Both the position numbers and the translations under genes were made by a program. From a virus (Duplodnaviria; Caudoviricetes), in IMG/VR virus record IMGVR_UViG_3300009873_000004, positions 19,827-83,826 of that record: a stretch of DNA of 64,000 bases; one strand, given 5' to 3'. Positions within the stretch are counted from its first letter, which is position 1, and each line of letters opens with the position of its first letter. Below the pieces are notes generated by a model. The model worked only from the letters and a program-made list of their open reading frames with translations. It was not told the DNA's origin and did no database searches. Below, piece after piece: positions 43,107 to 52,488 of the stretch.

Positions 43107-43433
43107 ATGGAAGATTGGGTGAGAGATCGCGTTGAAAAGGCCCTGAAGACAGGCGTTACCGGCCCCAACCGGATGAAGCCGCCCGAAGAACTGGAGGCGA
43201 TCCGACCGCACATTCAGGGCTGGAAGACCTACGTCCTGCGCGTCCCCGATGAGGACAGTAACGGAGAATTGTCGGACTATGTCGACATCCAGGCCGTGGA
43301 TGAAGACACCGCCATCCGCTACTTTCACGCAGGTTTTTTCCTGACCGACGCTCCTTACGAGATTGTGCGCCGCGAGGTGAACGAGACCATCATCGACGCC
43401 AGCGGCCCCATGAAACCCGGATTGGACCCATAG
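43107..43433 (+). CDS. Hypothetical protein
   Basis: Tightly packed co-oriented ORF. Confidence 0.55.
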   Translation: MEDWVRDRVEKALKTGVTGPNRMKPPEELEAIRPHIQGWKTYVLRVPDEDSNGELSDYVDIQAVDEDTAIRYFHAGFFLTDAPYEIVRREVNETIIDASGPMKPGLDP

Positions 43434-43441
43434 GAGACCTT

Positions 43442-44197
43442 ATGACCCACAACCGCTATGAAGAGATCCTGCCCAAGCTGAGAGGCCGCCAGGGCATGGC
43501 CCCCAGCCGCAAGCTGGAGAACAACACCTACGCCATTCAGGGCGAGGACGAGATCGAAGTGCGCCTGCACGGCCACACCATCCTGGTGCTCTATCCGGAC
43601 AGCTCCGTGAAATACGATAGCTGTGGCTGGAAGACCGTCACCACTAAGGCCCGGCTCAACCGCTACGGCCAACCAGGCGTCGTCATCTCCCAGAAGGGCG
43701 GCCAATGGTTCATCGGCAAGGGTGGCTACCGGAACGAAGCCGACTGGATCCCCTTTGAAGACGGCATGACGATTGGGCCAGGCGGCCAGTTGCCCCTTCC
43801 CAGCCAACCGGCCGTCGACGCGAAGACCCTGCGCAAGCAGGTGAAGAAATACGTCAAAGCCTTCATGGTGGCCCTGACCACCGGCCAGGTGAACGTCCCC
43901 GGCCCCGGCGACTGCTTTTACTGCGCCATGGTCACAGAAGACGGCCAGACGCTGGGCGAAGCCAGCCACGGTTCCGACCACCTCCAGAGTCACATCGAGC
44001 AGGACTACTTCGTGCCTTCGCTCCTGGTGCGCGCCCTGGAGGTCATGCCAACCTCAATTGCCGCCAGGCACAACGTCTGGGCTTACATGCAGCAGGCCGA
44101 CGCGGACCAGTTCTATCCGGCTGCGGACTTCCTCGACAAGCAGATCGAGAAGGCCCTCTGCCGCTACGTGCTGCGGCAATTGGGACAGGCGGCCTAA
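43442..44197 (+). CDS. Hypothetical protein (GW.T.TTK.RLN motif)
   Basis: AGGAG SD; high GC3. Confidence 0.7.
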   Translation: MTHNRYEEILPKLRGRQGMAPSRKLENNTYAIQGEDEIEVRLHGHTILVLYPDSSVKYDSCGWKTVTTKARLNRYGQPGVVISQKGGQWFIGKGGYRNEADWIPFEDGMTIGPGGQLPLPSQPAVDAKTLRKQVKKYVKAFMVALTTGQVNVPGPGDCFYCAMVTEDGQTLGEASHGSDHLQSHIEQDYFVPSLLVRALEVMPTSIAARHNVWAYMQQADADQFYPAADFLDKQIEKALCRYVLRQLGQAA

Positions 44198-44199
44198 GA

Positions 44200-44439
44200 A
44201 TGGACGATCTGGACTTCCAGGAAAATCTCCTGACCATCAACTTTCCGAGCCTGTATCGGATTAGGATCGAGCGCCGAAGCGGAGATACATCCTGGGTCAT
44301 GGCCTATGATCATCGGGGCACGGCGTTCAACTTCAAGACCTGGCGCTTTGATAACGATCACGCCGGGTTTGCTATCCCGATCACGGCGACTCAATTCGCC
44401 AGCCTGGTCTACCTTTGCAACCGGCCTGCGAATGGCTGA
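44200..44439 (+). CDS. Hypothetical protein
   Basis: Tightly packed co-oriented ORF. Confidence 0.5.
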   Translation: MDDLDFQENLLTINFPSLYRIRIERRSGDTSWVMAYDHRGTAFNFKTWRFDNDHAGFAIPITATQFASLVYLCNRPANG

Positions 44440-44538
44440 CCCTGCACCGGAACCCGCGCTGTCTAGAGTAGCGCCTGGAAACAACACGAGCAAGATCCAA
44501 ACACCGAGGACTTGAAAGGAGCTATCGGAAAACCCGAA

Positions 44539-44856
44539 ATGAATACCGACACCCTCCGCACCGTCAACCAGATCCTGGAGCAGGGCTACTACGAAGACCA
44601 CACCGGCCTGGGGGAAGGCGGCTGGGAGCACCTGTACTTCTACATCCGCGACTGGGGGCGCTACATCCTGCGAGCCACCCCTCTGGAAGAACCGTCCGAG
44701 CCCTTCACTCACAAGATCACCGCCCGGACGGAAGCTGAAGCCATCGCCGCTTTCCACAAGCTCTACCGGCTGGACAAGTGCATCTACGAGATCGTGCGCG
44801 TCTACCGGCACGAGGTCATCATCGAAGACAACATTCACGAAAAGGAGAACCAGTGA
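44539..44856 (+). CDS. Hypothetical protein
   Basis: High GC3; start uncertain. Confidence 0.55.
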   Translation: MNTDTLRTVNQILEQGYYEDHTGLGEGGWEHLYFYIRDWGRYILRATPLEEPSEPFTHKITARTEAEAIAAFHKLYRLDKCIYEIVRVYRHEVIIEDNIHEKENQ

Positions 44857-45158
44857 TCGTCGGTCTGAACCTTCAGAAGAACACCTGCCTCATCCAGCGA
44901 GCCGATGACGTCAAGATCTATCGCGAGAGCCTGCTCTGGCACCGGATAAAGCGCGTGCTTCAGCGCCAGGGCTATGACGTGGTCAAGAAGCTCATGTGGA
45001 AGGACGGCTACCTGGTCAGCGATGACCAGTATTACATCCGCCAGCGCAAGTGGGAGTGGGCCATCACCGACTCGCACTATGCCATCCGCTCGCTGTGCGT
45101 CGCGTACAACGCGGGCGAGCCGATCGTCCTGACTGTCCACCAAGGAGAAAACTGGTGA
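44853..45158 (+). CDS. Hypothetical protein
   Basis: AAGGAG SD before GTG. Confidence 0.6.
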   Translation: MIVGLNLQKNTCLIQRADDVKIYRESLLWHRIKRVLQRQGYDVVKKLMWKDGYLVSDDQYYIRQRKWEWAITDSHYAIRSLCVAYNAGEPIVLTVHQGENW

Positions 45159-45406
45159 GCGATAACGCTGTTCGCGCTTTCCTGGTCTTCGCCCCCATGA
45201 CGCGGGGCGGCCACGTCGCCCACGTCCATCGCGTGGGCTGCGCCGATACCCGCAAGGCGCTCTACCAGCACGAAGAGCGCCACATCATCGAGACCGACGA
45301 GGGGCCGGTGGACGCGGCCTTTGCGATCGTCGACCCCGAACTGGGCTACCAGCCCGAGGACTTCAAGATCTTCCCCTGCTGCTATCCGAACTCGGAAGGC
45401 AACTAG
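45155..45406 (+). CDS. Hypothetical protein
   Basis: AAGGAG SD before GTG. Confidence 0.6.
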   Translation: MSDNAVRAFLVFAPMTRGGHVAHVHRVGCADTRKALYQHEERHIIETDEGPVDAAFAIVDPELGYQPEDFKIFPCCYPNSEGN

Positions 45407-45462
45407 CATTACGTCAACCTGTACCTATTTTGCATTCCCAGTTTTTTCTGAAAGGAGAACCC

Positions 45463-45723
45463 ATGAAGGTTTTGCAAATCGAGCACCGGCACGGCACGAA
45501 CTTCTACATCTGCGAGAGCGACGAGGTGGTGCAGATCGTCCTGCGCCACTATGTCGCCGACTGGTGGAAAATGGAAATGGGTGAGCCCCTGCCCAAGCCC
45601 ATGACCGGAGCGGACATCGAGCGCTACTTCGAGATGGCGAACGAGTCCTGGACGGTCTCCGACTACTCGGAACCGATCACCCTGGAACATGCCCGCACGT
45701 TCTATCCGAAAGGTGTGCAATGA
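45463..45723 (+). CDS. Hypothetical protein
   Basis: AAGGAG SD. Confidence 0.6.
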   Translation: MKVLQIEHRHGTNFYICESDEVVQIVLRHYVADWWKMEMGEPLPKPMTGADIERYFEMANESWTVSDYSEPITLEHARTFYPKGVQ

Positions 45724-46046
45724 GCGACCGAGTTTTCGCCCGCTATACGTTCAAGTTCGTGGTCCTGGTCGAGGGGGAGATCCCCGACGACATGAGCCTG
45801 GGCGACATTTACCGGGAAAGCGTGGAAGGCAGCTACTCCGGCCACTGGGAAACCGATAGCCTGGAGTATCTGACGCCTGCGGAGATGGCCGAGGCCCTGA
45901 TTGGGCAGGGCTCCGATCCGGAGTTCTTTCGACTGAACGAGAAAGGTGACGATCTGGAAGACGACGACTACGACCCGCACGAAGAGCCCTATCAGGGCAT
46001 GCAACTGGACGAGAATGGAGACTCTTTCTGGGAAGGCAAACTATGA
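45720..46046 (+). CDS. Very acidic small protein
   Basis: ATGA-coupled; D/E-rich. Confidence 0.6.
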   Translation: MSDRVFARYTFKFVVLVEGEIPDDMSLGDIYRESVEGSYSGHWETDSLEYLTPAEMAEALIGQGSDPEFFRLNEKGDDLEDDDYDPHEEPYQGMQLDENGDSFWEGKL

Positions 46047-46103
46047 AGACTGACCGGATGGTGATCATCGAGGTTCTGGGCGGCATGGCCGACGACCTGC
46101 AAG

Positions 46104-46117
46104 TTCCAAATTTGGAG
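46104..46117. promoter_or_regulatory. Palindromic site TTCCAAATTTGGAG overlapping an SD
   Basis: Right arm overlaps the GGAGG of the 46126 gene. Confidence 0.6.
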
Positions 46118-46125
46118 GACTGACC

Positions 46126-46377
46126 ATGCCGCTCTACACCCTTACCTACGCCAGGGTGGTCATTCTCAAGACCACTCTCTGGGCTGCCAACCAGGCTGCC
46201 GCTACCGACCTGGCCTTCGAGCTAGAACTGACCCAGGAACTGGGCCTGGAAGACTGGACTCCCAAGAAGGGATCCGAAGTGGATGACGTCCAGGATTACG
46301 ACCAGATCTGGGAGGTCGAATACCAGGATCCGGGCGATCCCGCAGACGCTGACTTCGCCTACGAGGCTGAAGCATGA
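46126..46377 (+). CDS. Very acidic small protein
   Basis: GGAGG SD. Confidence 0.6.
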   Translation: MPLYTLTYARVVILKTTLWAANQAAATDLAFELELTQELGLEDWTPKKGSEVDDVQDYDQIWEVEYQDPGDPADADFAYEAEA

Positions 46378-46541
46378 AGCGCCTGCTGTTGATCGCCCTG
46401 TTCCTGCTGCTGACCACCGGCCCGGCCGTGGCCGGGGAGACCCACACCATCTATCTGCCCCTGACGGGCTATTACTGCCCACCGCCTTACGTCTGGACCC
46501 CGGAAGGCTGTGTCGATATTGGCAAGCCGCCTGTTCCCTGA
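46374..46541 (+). CDS. 55-aa secreted peptide with signal peptide and IYLPL motif
   Basis: MKRLLLIALFLLLTTGPAVA|GETHTIYLPLTGYYCPPPYVWTPEGCVDIGKPPVP; ATGA-coupled; below ORF-track cutoff. Confidence 0.6.
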   Translation: MKRLLLIALFLLLTTGPAVAGETHTIYLPLTGYYCPPPYVWTPEGCVDIGKPPVP

Positions 46542-46551
46542 AAGGAGACCC

Positions 46552-47427
46552 ATGAACGACACCTACACCTACGATCCCGATCCGAAGGACCCCGACTCCA
46601 AACTGATCGACCTGGAGATCTTCTACTCGGACGCCGATGAGAGCACCATCCAGGTCCACAAGCTGCCGGACGGCCGCTATCTGGTCGGCTACCTGGCTCG
46701 CGATGATGACTGCTCCGACCCGACCGAGGACAACGGCACGGGCTACATCTGCGCCCATGACAACCATCGCTCGGCTGACTACTGGGCTGCTCGCGGCCAG
46801 ACTCGGTATGGGGAACTGCTGGTCGGTGAAGATGACCTCTTGGAAGAGGTAGCCCGAGAGGTCGATAAGCCGCTCGACGACCTGCTGCGCGAGACCTATC
46901 TGTACAAGCGCGAACAGTCCTGGCAAGAGGCAGACGCAGAACTAAAGCGGATCTACTCCCGCGCCAACCTGAAGCTCCCCTATCGAGGGATCTACGACCG
47001 ACTCCTGGAAGAGCACCGCCAGGCAGGCGATCTGGGCGATCCGGATGCCGTGCTTCTCAGCTACTACGAGCACGGCGGGAGAGCCTACTCCCTGCTGTAC
47101 GAAAACCGCTTCCCTGACCAACAGTGGGACGTGACCAACGGCGGGGCGGTTTGGATTCCCGACGATCACTTGCGCAATGTCAAAGCTAAGGGCCTGACCG
47201 GCAAGAAGCGCCGCGCCAAGATGGAGCAGTGGGCCAGGGAATGTGTCGACACCTACAACGACTGGCTTTCGGGGGACTGCTGGGGCGTGGTGGTGCAGAC
47301 CAACGACGAAGACGGCAACATGATCGACGACGACGCCTGCTGGGGCTACATCGGCTCCAAGTGGGCTAAGGAAGAACTGGCAAGCAGTATCAAGTGGGCT
47401 TTGGAACACCAAAAGGAAACTGCATGA
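46552..47427 (+). CDS. Hypothetical acidic protein (YNDWLSGDCWG...DDACWGYIG motif)
   Basis: AAGGAG SD. Confidence 0.7.
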   Translation: MNDTYTYDPDPKDPDSKLIDLEIFYSDADESTIQVHKLPDGRYLVGYLARDDDCSDPTEDNGTGYICAHDNHRSADYWAARGQTRYGELLVGEDDLLEEVAREVDKPLDDLLRETYLYKREQSWQEADAELKRIYSRANLKLPYRGIYDRLLEEHRQAGDLGDPDAVLLSYYEHGGRAYSLLYENRFPDQQWDVTNGGAVWIPDDHLRNVKAKGLTGKKRRAKMEQWARECVDTYNDWLSGDCWGVVVQTNDEDGNMIDDDACWGYIGSKWAKEELASSIKWALEHQKETA

Positions 47428-47633
47428 AGCAACCCAAATGGTACGTCAAGATCACAAACGAAGATGGAATCGTGATTGCCGAAGCAATCAGGCATACGTC
47501 TCGAACTGCCACAACGGCCCTGTTCGACGTCATGGCCGAGATGGGGGTTGGACCACATGATGTTTTTGAAATCCTGGTCCAACCTGCCTTGCCTGAGTAC
47601 CTTATTGCAAAAATGATGAGAGGGAAGGCATGA
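47424..47633 (+). CDS. Hypothetical protein
   Basis: AAGGA SD. Confidence 0.5.
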   Translation: MKQPKWYVKITNEDGIVIAEAIRHTSRTATTALFDVMAEMGVGPHDVFEILVQPALPEYLIAKMMRGKA

Positions 47634-47884
47634 GTATCTACAACCGCTGGGGTGATGAGATCGAGATCGTCGCCCACCTGGGCGTGCATACCATCCAGGA
47701 ATTTCCCCATCCGCAAGAACTGCTCCTGGTCCGGATCAAGCCCGACAACTTGATGGCGACCTACTGGCTGTTCACCCTGCGAGCCGACGATGGCCTGAAA
47801 GAGATTGCCACCGCCATCCAGAACATTCCCATCTGGGACCTATCCAGCCGCCTACTGCAAGGCGCTATCCTGGCAGCCCAATGA
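47630..47884 (+). CDS. Hypothetical protein
   Basis: ATGA-coupled. Confidence 0.6.
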   Translation: MSIYNRWGDEIEIVAHLGVHTIQEFPHPQELLLVRIKPDNLMATYWLFTLRADDGLKEIATAIQNIPIWDLSSRLLQGAILAAQ

Positions 47885-48159
47885 CCGGCCTGTTCAAGCG
47901 CAAGTACGGCGATAAGCTGAAGGGCCGGGTCGACTGGATCAAGGTCCTGGACCCGGAGGATCAGCAGGTCCTGATCCGGTTGGGATTACAGGCCGCCGAC
48001 TACGGCAGGCGCGGCGGCAAGGTCCGCGCAGAGTGTGCAAAGCGTGACAGGCGAGGCCGCTTCGCCCCTGGAAAAGAAGCCCCGCCAGCGGCTCAGAGTT
48101 ATGTCGAGCCGCCTGTATCCGCCGAGCAGGATTTTTTCGAGCAAGAGCTACCGTTCTAA
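47881..48159 (+). CDS. Hypothetical basic protein
   Basis: ATGA-coupled; GRRGG and RDRRGRF motifs. Confidence 0.55.
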   Translation: MTGLFKRKYGDKLKGRVDWIKVLDPEDQQVLIRLGLQAADYGRRGGKVRAECAKRDRRGRFAPGKEAPPAAQSYVEPPVSAEQDFFEQELPF

Positions 48160-48171
48160 GAAAGGACACCC

Positions 48172-48531
48172 ATGCCCATCGCTCTTGAAGGCACCATGAT
48201 GCACGTTACGCCCAGCGGCCAGGTGATGGCCGAGTGGGTAAACATCGGCGAAGGCTGGTCAGGCGAGTGGGATCCAGACGATCCCGAGGACCAGAACCTG
48301 CTGCGCTTCGACCTGCACGTCCGCGCCCAGGGCGCAACCCAGGACCCGGACGAATGGTGGGAAGACGTCGACGATGCCAGCTACTGTACCCGCATGCCTG
48401 CTGACGCCGACGACGACCTTCTGCACCAGGCCCTGGCCTACATCGCTCGCGAGTTCGAGTGGGCCTATCCGACTCACCACAAGCGCCGCCTGGAAGAGCT
48501 TTCCTGGATCGGCCCGGAGGACTTTGCATGA
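48172..48531 (+). CDS. Hypothetical acidic protein
   Basis: AAGGA SD. Confidence 0.65.
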   Translation: MPIALEGTMMHVTPSGQVMAEWVNIGEGWSGEWDPDDPEDQNLLRFDLHVRAQGATQDPDEWWEDVDDASYCTRMPADADDDLLHQALAYIAREFEWAYPTHHKRRLEELSWIGPEDFA

Positions 48532-48986
48532 AGACCGTTGACGAGCTAACCGACGTGCGCCTGCTGTCCTACGCCTGCCATTTTCTGGCGGCCAATCTGG
48601 ACGAAGACAATCTGAGCAATCTGCTGCGCCTGGGAGATGACGACGCAACTCCCGAATCCCTCTACGACTCCCTGGAGCATCGCCTGGATGACCTGGGTGA
48701 TCGCTTCCGCGACCCGGTCGATGACTCGGGCGAGTGCCATGAGTGTGGCTGTGACTATCAGTGGCAGGGCCTGAGCAACGAGACCTGCCCCAATCCGGAA
48801 TGCCCGTCCAATCTGAATGGTCCCGAGCAAGTGGTGGTGATCGCCAAGAAAGACCTGGTTGACCTTCTCACCCTGCTGTGGGCCGAACTGGACGCTGACG
48901 AAGACAGCCGCCACCTGTTCTGGACTCGCGATCAACTTGATCGCATGATCGCCCTGGGCGAGCACCTGAAGACCTACGCTTTCTGA
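48528..48986 (+). CDS. Acidic zinc-ribbon protein
   Basis: CHECG...CPNPEC; GGAGG SD. Confidence 0.6.
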   Translation: MKTVDELTDVRLLSYACHFLAANLDEDNLSNLLRLGDDDATPESLYDSLEHRLDDLGDRFRDPVDDSGECHECGCDYQWQGLSNETCPNPECPSNLNGPEQVVVIAKKDLVDLLTLLWAELDADEDSRHLFWTRDQLDRMIALGEHLKTYAF

Positions 48987-48998
48987 GAAAGGACCCAC

Positions 48999-49277
48999 AT
49001 GCTTGCAAAACCCGACTACTTCAAGACCACCCTGATCGACGGCGACGGCAACCTCCAGCCGATCGAGATCCGCTTCTATGGCAATGGCATCGGCCTGTAC
49101 ATCTACGGCATGGGGACATCCGATTCGGTAGAAGGCGAAGCGGTCTACCTGGACTGGAACGAGGGCAAGCTGCAACTGGTGCTCAACCTCGACGTCAACT
49201 CGGACGAGCAGACCCTGATCAGCCTGGAAGGCGCTCGCACTTCCCAGTACCAGGGCGAGGAGCAGGGCGATGCTTGA
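48999..49277 (+). CDS. Hypothetical acidic protein
   Basis: AAGGA SD. Confidence 0.6.
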   Translation: MLAKPDYFKTTLIDGDGNLQPIEIRFYGNGIGLYIYGMGTSDSVEGEAVYLDWNEGKLQLVLNLDVNSDEQTLISLEGARTSQYQGEEQGDA

Positions 49278-49476
49278 CCAGATCGCTAAAGCTATGCGCA
49301 CCATCTCCCAGATGGCCGACCACTATGAAGAACTGCTGAGCAAGTTGGACGACCAGTATCACCTGCTGGCCTACGACGACGACACCCCGATCGAAGACCT
49401 GCAAGCCAACATCGACGATTGCCGGGCCACTCTGGCCCAGATCCTGGTCGAGGCGAACTGGCCGGGTTACGGCTAA
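49270..49476 (+). CDS. Hypothetical acidic protein
   Basis: GAGGAG SD. Confidence 0.55.
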   Translation: MLDQIAKAMRTISQMADHYEELLSKLDDQYHLLAYDDDTPIEDLQANIDDCRATLAQILVEANWPGYG

Positions 49477-49483
49477 CTCTCTC

Positions 49484-49513
49484 TTGACCCATCGTATCCG
49501 TTTGTACTAGAAT
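49484..49513 (+). promoter_or_regulatory. Sigma70-type promoter TTGACC-18-TAGAAT
   Basis: Intergenic; 8 nt upstream of ATG 49522. Confidence 0.6.
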
Positions 49514-49521
49514 GGAGCAGT

Positions 49522-49869
49522 ATGGCGAACAACAAACAGGTGTGGACGTATGAGGAGTTTTGGGGCAGTCTCAGAAAGATCGACGATCCCGAGACCTACC
49601 GCCACTGGTGCGAGGCGTTTGGGTTTGCGATCCCCGAGCCTTTGCGGATCCTGATCCAGCCGCGCCTGCGCCAGGCGCTGGACACCTGCTCGGCGCTGGA
49701 ACTGGAGCAGATCCTGACCGGCGCACCCGTCGAACTGACGGCGCTATATATCCACAAGCTGCCGGTGACGGCCGCCCGGCGCATCCTCAAGCGCTACCGG
49801 ATCGAAGATGCCCGCCTGCTGGACCAGGCCTACTACCGGCCACCGCAAATTACTTCAGGAGACCCATGA
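49522..49869 (+). CDS. Hypothetical protein
   Basis: First gene after a promoter. Confidence 0.6.
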   Translation: MANNKQVWTYEEFWGSLRKIDDPETYRHWCEAFGFAIPEPLRILIQPRLRQALDTCSALELEQILTGAPVELTALYIHKLPVTAARRILKRYRIEDARLLDQAYYRPPQITSGDP

Positions 49870-50084
49870 ACCAAGACCGTTTCTGGATGAACCCGTCCGA
49901 CACCGCCCACCCCTTCTCCAGCGTGCGCGCCTATCTGCACGAACACCTGAACGTGCAGTGGGTGGTGCTGACCCTGAACGAAGGCGTGATTTACGGCGCA
50001 CCCGGCCAGGCCGTGCGCCTGACGGCCGGAGAAGCCCACGACCTGGGCCTGGCCCTGATCAACCTCTCGGAGAAAATGGCATGA
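49866..50084 (+). CDS. Hypothetical protein
   Basis: AGGAG SD. Confidence 0.55.
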   Translation: MNQDRFWMNPSDTAHPFSSVRAYLHEHLNVQWVVLTLNEGVIYGAPGQAVRLTAGEAHDLGLALINLSEKMA

Positions 50085-50350
50085 CTAAGAAGCGCAAGCC
50101 CAGCGCCGTACAACGTCTCATCCTGCGCCGGATGCTGGACGGCTGGGAGTTGGGCCTATACGGCGGCCTGGAGGCCCATGTCCGCATTCAGCAGGGCGGC
50201 CTCGGGCGCGGCGGTCAGGCTGAAACCGTCCACCTAAACACCTTTTACTCGCTGCACAAGAACGCCTGGATCGAAGTAGCCAAAGACTCTTACCCGGTCT
50301 CACCCTACCGGCTGACCAACCTGGGGCGGCTGGTCGCCAGAGAATCCTGA
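50081..50350 (+). CDS. Possible winged-helix protein
   Basis: S..Q..IL.RM...; Y.LT..GR ending. Confidence 0.5.
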   Translation: MTKKRKPSAVQRLILRRMLDGWELGLYGGLEAHVRIQQGGLGRGGQAETVHLNTFYSLHKNAWIEVAKDSYPVSPYRLTNLGRLVARES

Positions 50351-50799
50351 TGGCCTGGGTTCCGACCCTCAAGGACTTCGATCACGACCTGCTGCGGCGC
50401 AAGTGGTTCGCTTACCAGGAAAAGGCCTACGCCGCTCAGGCTCACCTGGAGCCCCGGCCGATCGAGCCCTATCCCGGCGAAGTGCCAGTTGCGCAAGCCC
50501 TGGTCGATCGCTATCATGGGCTCAAGTCTCACCGCAATATCCTGGCGCAGATGGCGCAAGACACAACCGAACTGGACCGGCTGATCCGGGCGCACGAACT
50601 GCGCCTGCGGGTCAAGGGCATCCCGATCCCCGAGCATCCGCCCCAGGCCTGCTTCCCGGATGGCTATGTCTATGAGCCCATCGAGCGCGTGGCGGAGAAG
50701 GCGGTCGTGCTGGAAGAGCAGGCGATGAAAGAGCGCCCGAAGAAGACTCGCAAGCGCAAGGCGATCACGCCCAAGAAGGTGAAGATTCAGAAGACATGA
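50350..50799 (+). CDS. Hypothetical protein with basic tail
   Basis: TGATG-coupled. Confidence 0.6.
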   Translation: MAWVPTLKDFDHDLLRRKWFAYQEKAYAAQAHLEPRPIEPYPGEVPVAQALVDRYHGLKSHRNILAQMAQDTTELDRLIRAHELRLRVKGIPIPEHPPQACFPDGYVYEPIERVAEKAVVLEEQAMKERPKKTRKRKAITPKKVKIQKT

Positions 50800-51023
50800 A
50801 GCGCTATCTGCTGGGCAAGAAGTACGTCGGCTGCCACCAGGGCGGCCAATGGCAGTTCTACCTGCTGAGCCAGGCCGACGCTCGCGGGAAGCCACGCTCG
50901 CACACCGTCATCGGAGTCGGCCAGTCCCGCGCTGCCGCCGTTGCCAGCCTGAACCGCCGTCTGCGCAGACTGCGGCGCGTCGTATCCGACCTTGTGGAGA
51001 TCCTGAATGATGGAATGGATTGA
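50796..51023 (+). CDS. Hypothetical basic protein
   Basis: ATGA-coupled. Confidence 0.55.
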   Translation: MKRYLLGKKYVGCHQGGQWQFYLLSQADARGKPRSHTVIGVGQSRAAAVASLNRRLRRLRRVVSDLVEILNDGMD

Positions 51024-51363
51024 GCCCACCACGATCAAGGAAGCTGAACTCAAACGAGCGGCCCTCGCCAAGGACATTCGCTCCATCCAGGTGCAGTTGG
51101 CCGCCCAGACTCGCAGCGATCCAACCACCGGAATACCGCTGTCCCGGAAAGAGTACGAGAACTGGCGGCAGAAGGCGCTGCGGGCGCTCAACGGCAAGAT
51201 GACCGAGATCACCCAGGTCAACGCCTGGCTGAAGGCCAACCGCTCCCAGAATAAGGTCAACTACCTCAAGCGGCTGCTGCGCGAGATCTACCCGCACCTG
51301 CGCGCCCTGCCCGATCTGTTCCCTGAAGACCTGCTGGCCCGGATCGAGAAGGAGACCCGCTGA
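51007..51363 (+). CDS. Hypothetical coiled-coil protein
   Basis: GGAG SD. Confidence 0.6.
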   Translation: MMEWIEPTTIKEAELKRAALAKDIRSIQVQLAAQTRSDPTTGIPLSRKEYENWRQKALRALNGKMTEITQVNAWLKANRSQNKVNYLKRLLREIYPHLRALPDLFPEDLLARIEKETR

Positions 51364-52007
51364 TGCCAGTCCTGTACCGCGACAAAGACACCATCGACCA
51401 GATGCGGCCAAGAATTGATAAAGACGTCTACCTGACCGATCCGCGCCTGCCAGGTCCTGCCTGCCGGATGCTGAAGGACGTCTTCCACCTGGGCCATGAG
51501 CGCGACTTCTCGGTCCTGGATCCGGGAGCAGGGGCAGGCGTATGGGGCCGGGCGGTCCGAGAAGTCTGGCCGCACTCACACCGCACCGGCTTTGACATCC
51601 GCGAGCTAAAACGCCCTGGCCGGGGACTGTACCAGGCCTGGTTCCCCAACTTCAACTTCCCCGGCCACACCTGGGTGCTGGAGGGCCAGCGCTACCACCT
51701 GGCGGTCGGCAACCCGCCCTTCTCCCTGGCCGAGACGTTTGTGCGTGAATGCTTGAAGCTGGCCCACTACGTCTGCTTCCTCTTGCCGTCCGACTTCCTG
51801 CACGGCCAGGACCGGGGACGGCACCTGTACCGCGAGCATCCGCCTGTGGCCGTCATCACCCTGATGCAGCGCCCGCAGTTCACCGGCCCGGAAGGCGAGA
51901 GCCTGGGCGATCGCAACACCGACGTCTACTCGCTGGTGCTGTGGACCTCGCTCTGGCGATTGCATCCCCACGACACCCAGCACAAGTGGCTGGACTGGAA
52001 GGTCTAA
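51363..52007 (+). CDS. Orphan N6-adenine DNA methyltransferase
   Basis: Motif I VLDPGAGAGVWG; motif IV VGNPPF. Confidence 0.85.
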   Translation: MPVLYRDKDTIDQMRPRIDKDVYLTDPRLPGPACRMLKDVFHLGHERDFSVLDPGAGAGVWGRAVREVWPHSHRTGFDIRELKRPGRGLYQAWFPNFNFPGHTWVLEGQRYHLAVGNPPFSLAETFVRECLKLAHYVCFLLPSDFLHGQDRGRHLYREHPPVAVITLMQRPQFTGPEGESLGDRNTDVYSLVLWTSLWRLHPHDTQHKWLDWKV

Positions 52008-52008
52008 G

Positions 52009-52488
52009 ATGATCACCAAGAGCGAACAGGCGCAGGTCGAGCGCCAGACTCGCGATAGCCAGATCCGCTATCGGCGCATCGTCCTGGGCGAGAGCATCTT
52101 CGAGGTCGCCCAGCGCTTTGGGGTCAGCCCCGAGCGCGTGCGCCAGATCGCGCCCGGCTCGATCTTCCCCACCCGTAACCGGCAGGCCAAGGCCCTGCGC
52201 GTCCTGGAGAAGGCTAAGACCGGACCCAATACCGTGCGCGGGATTGCCGAGTCGCTGGGCTACTCAACCGGCTTTGTGCAGAGCGTCCTGGTCGAGCACG
52301 GCGTCAAGCTGCGCATCACCAACGCCGACCTGTTTGAGCAAGGCCTGCGCAGGTGCGCCGTCTGCAAGGGAATCAAGCCGCTCTCGGAGTTTGGCCCGCT
52401 CAAGACCGACCCGCAGGGCTACAACCGCAAGTGCCGCCCCTGCAACCGGGGCGATGCCCGCAAGTATTACCGAAAGGACACCCCATGA
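52009..52488 (+). CDS. Sigma70 region-4-like HTH, second HTH and zinc finger
   Basis: IFEVAQRFGVSPERVRQI; TVRGIAESLGYS; CAVCKGIKPLSEF...CRPC. Confidence 0.65.
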   Translation: MITKSEQAQVERQTRDSQIRYRRIVLGESIFEVAQRFGVSPERVRQIAPGSIFPTRNRQAKALRVLEKAKTGPNTVRGIAESLGYSTGFVQSVLVEHGVKLRITNADLFEQGLRRCAVCKGIKPLSEFGPLKTDPQGYNRKCRPCNRGDARKYYRKDTP

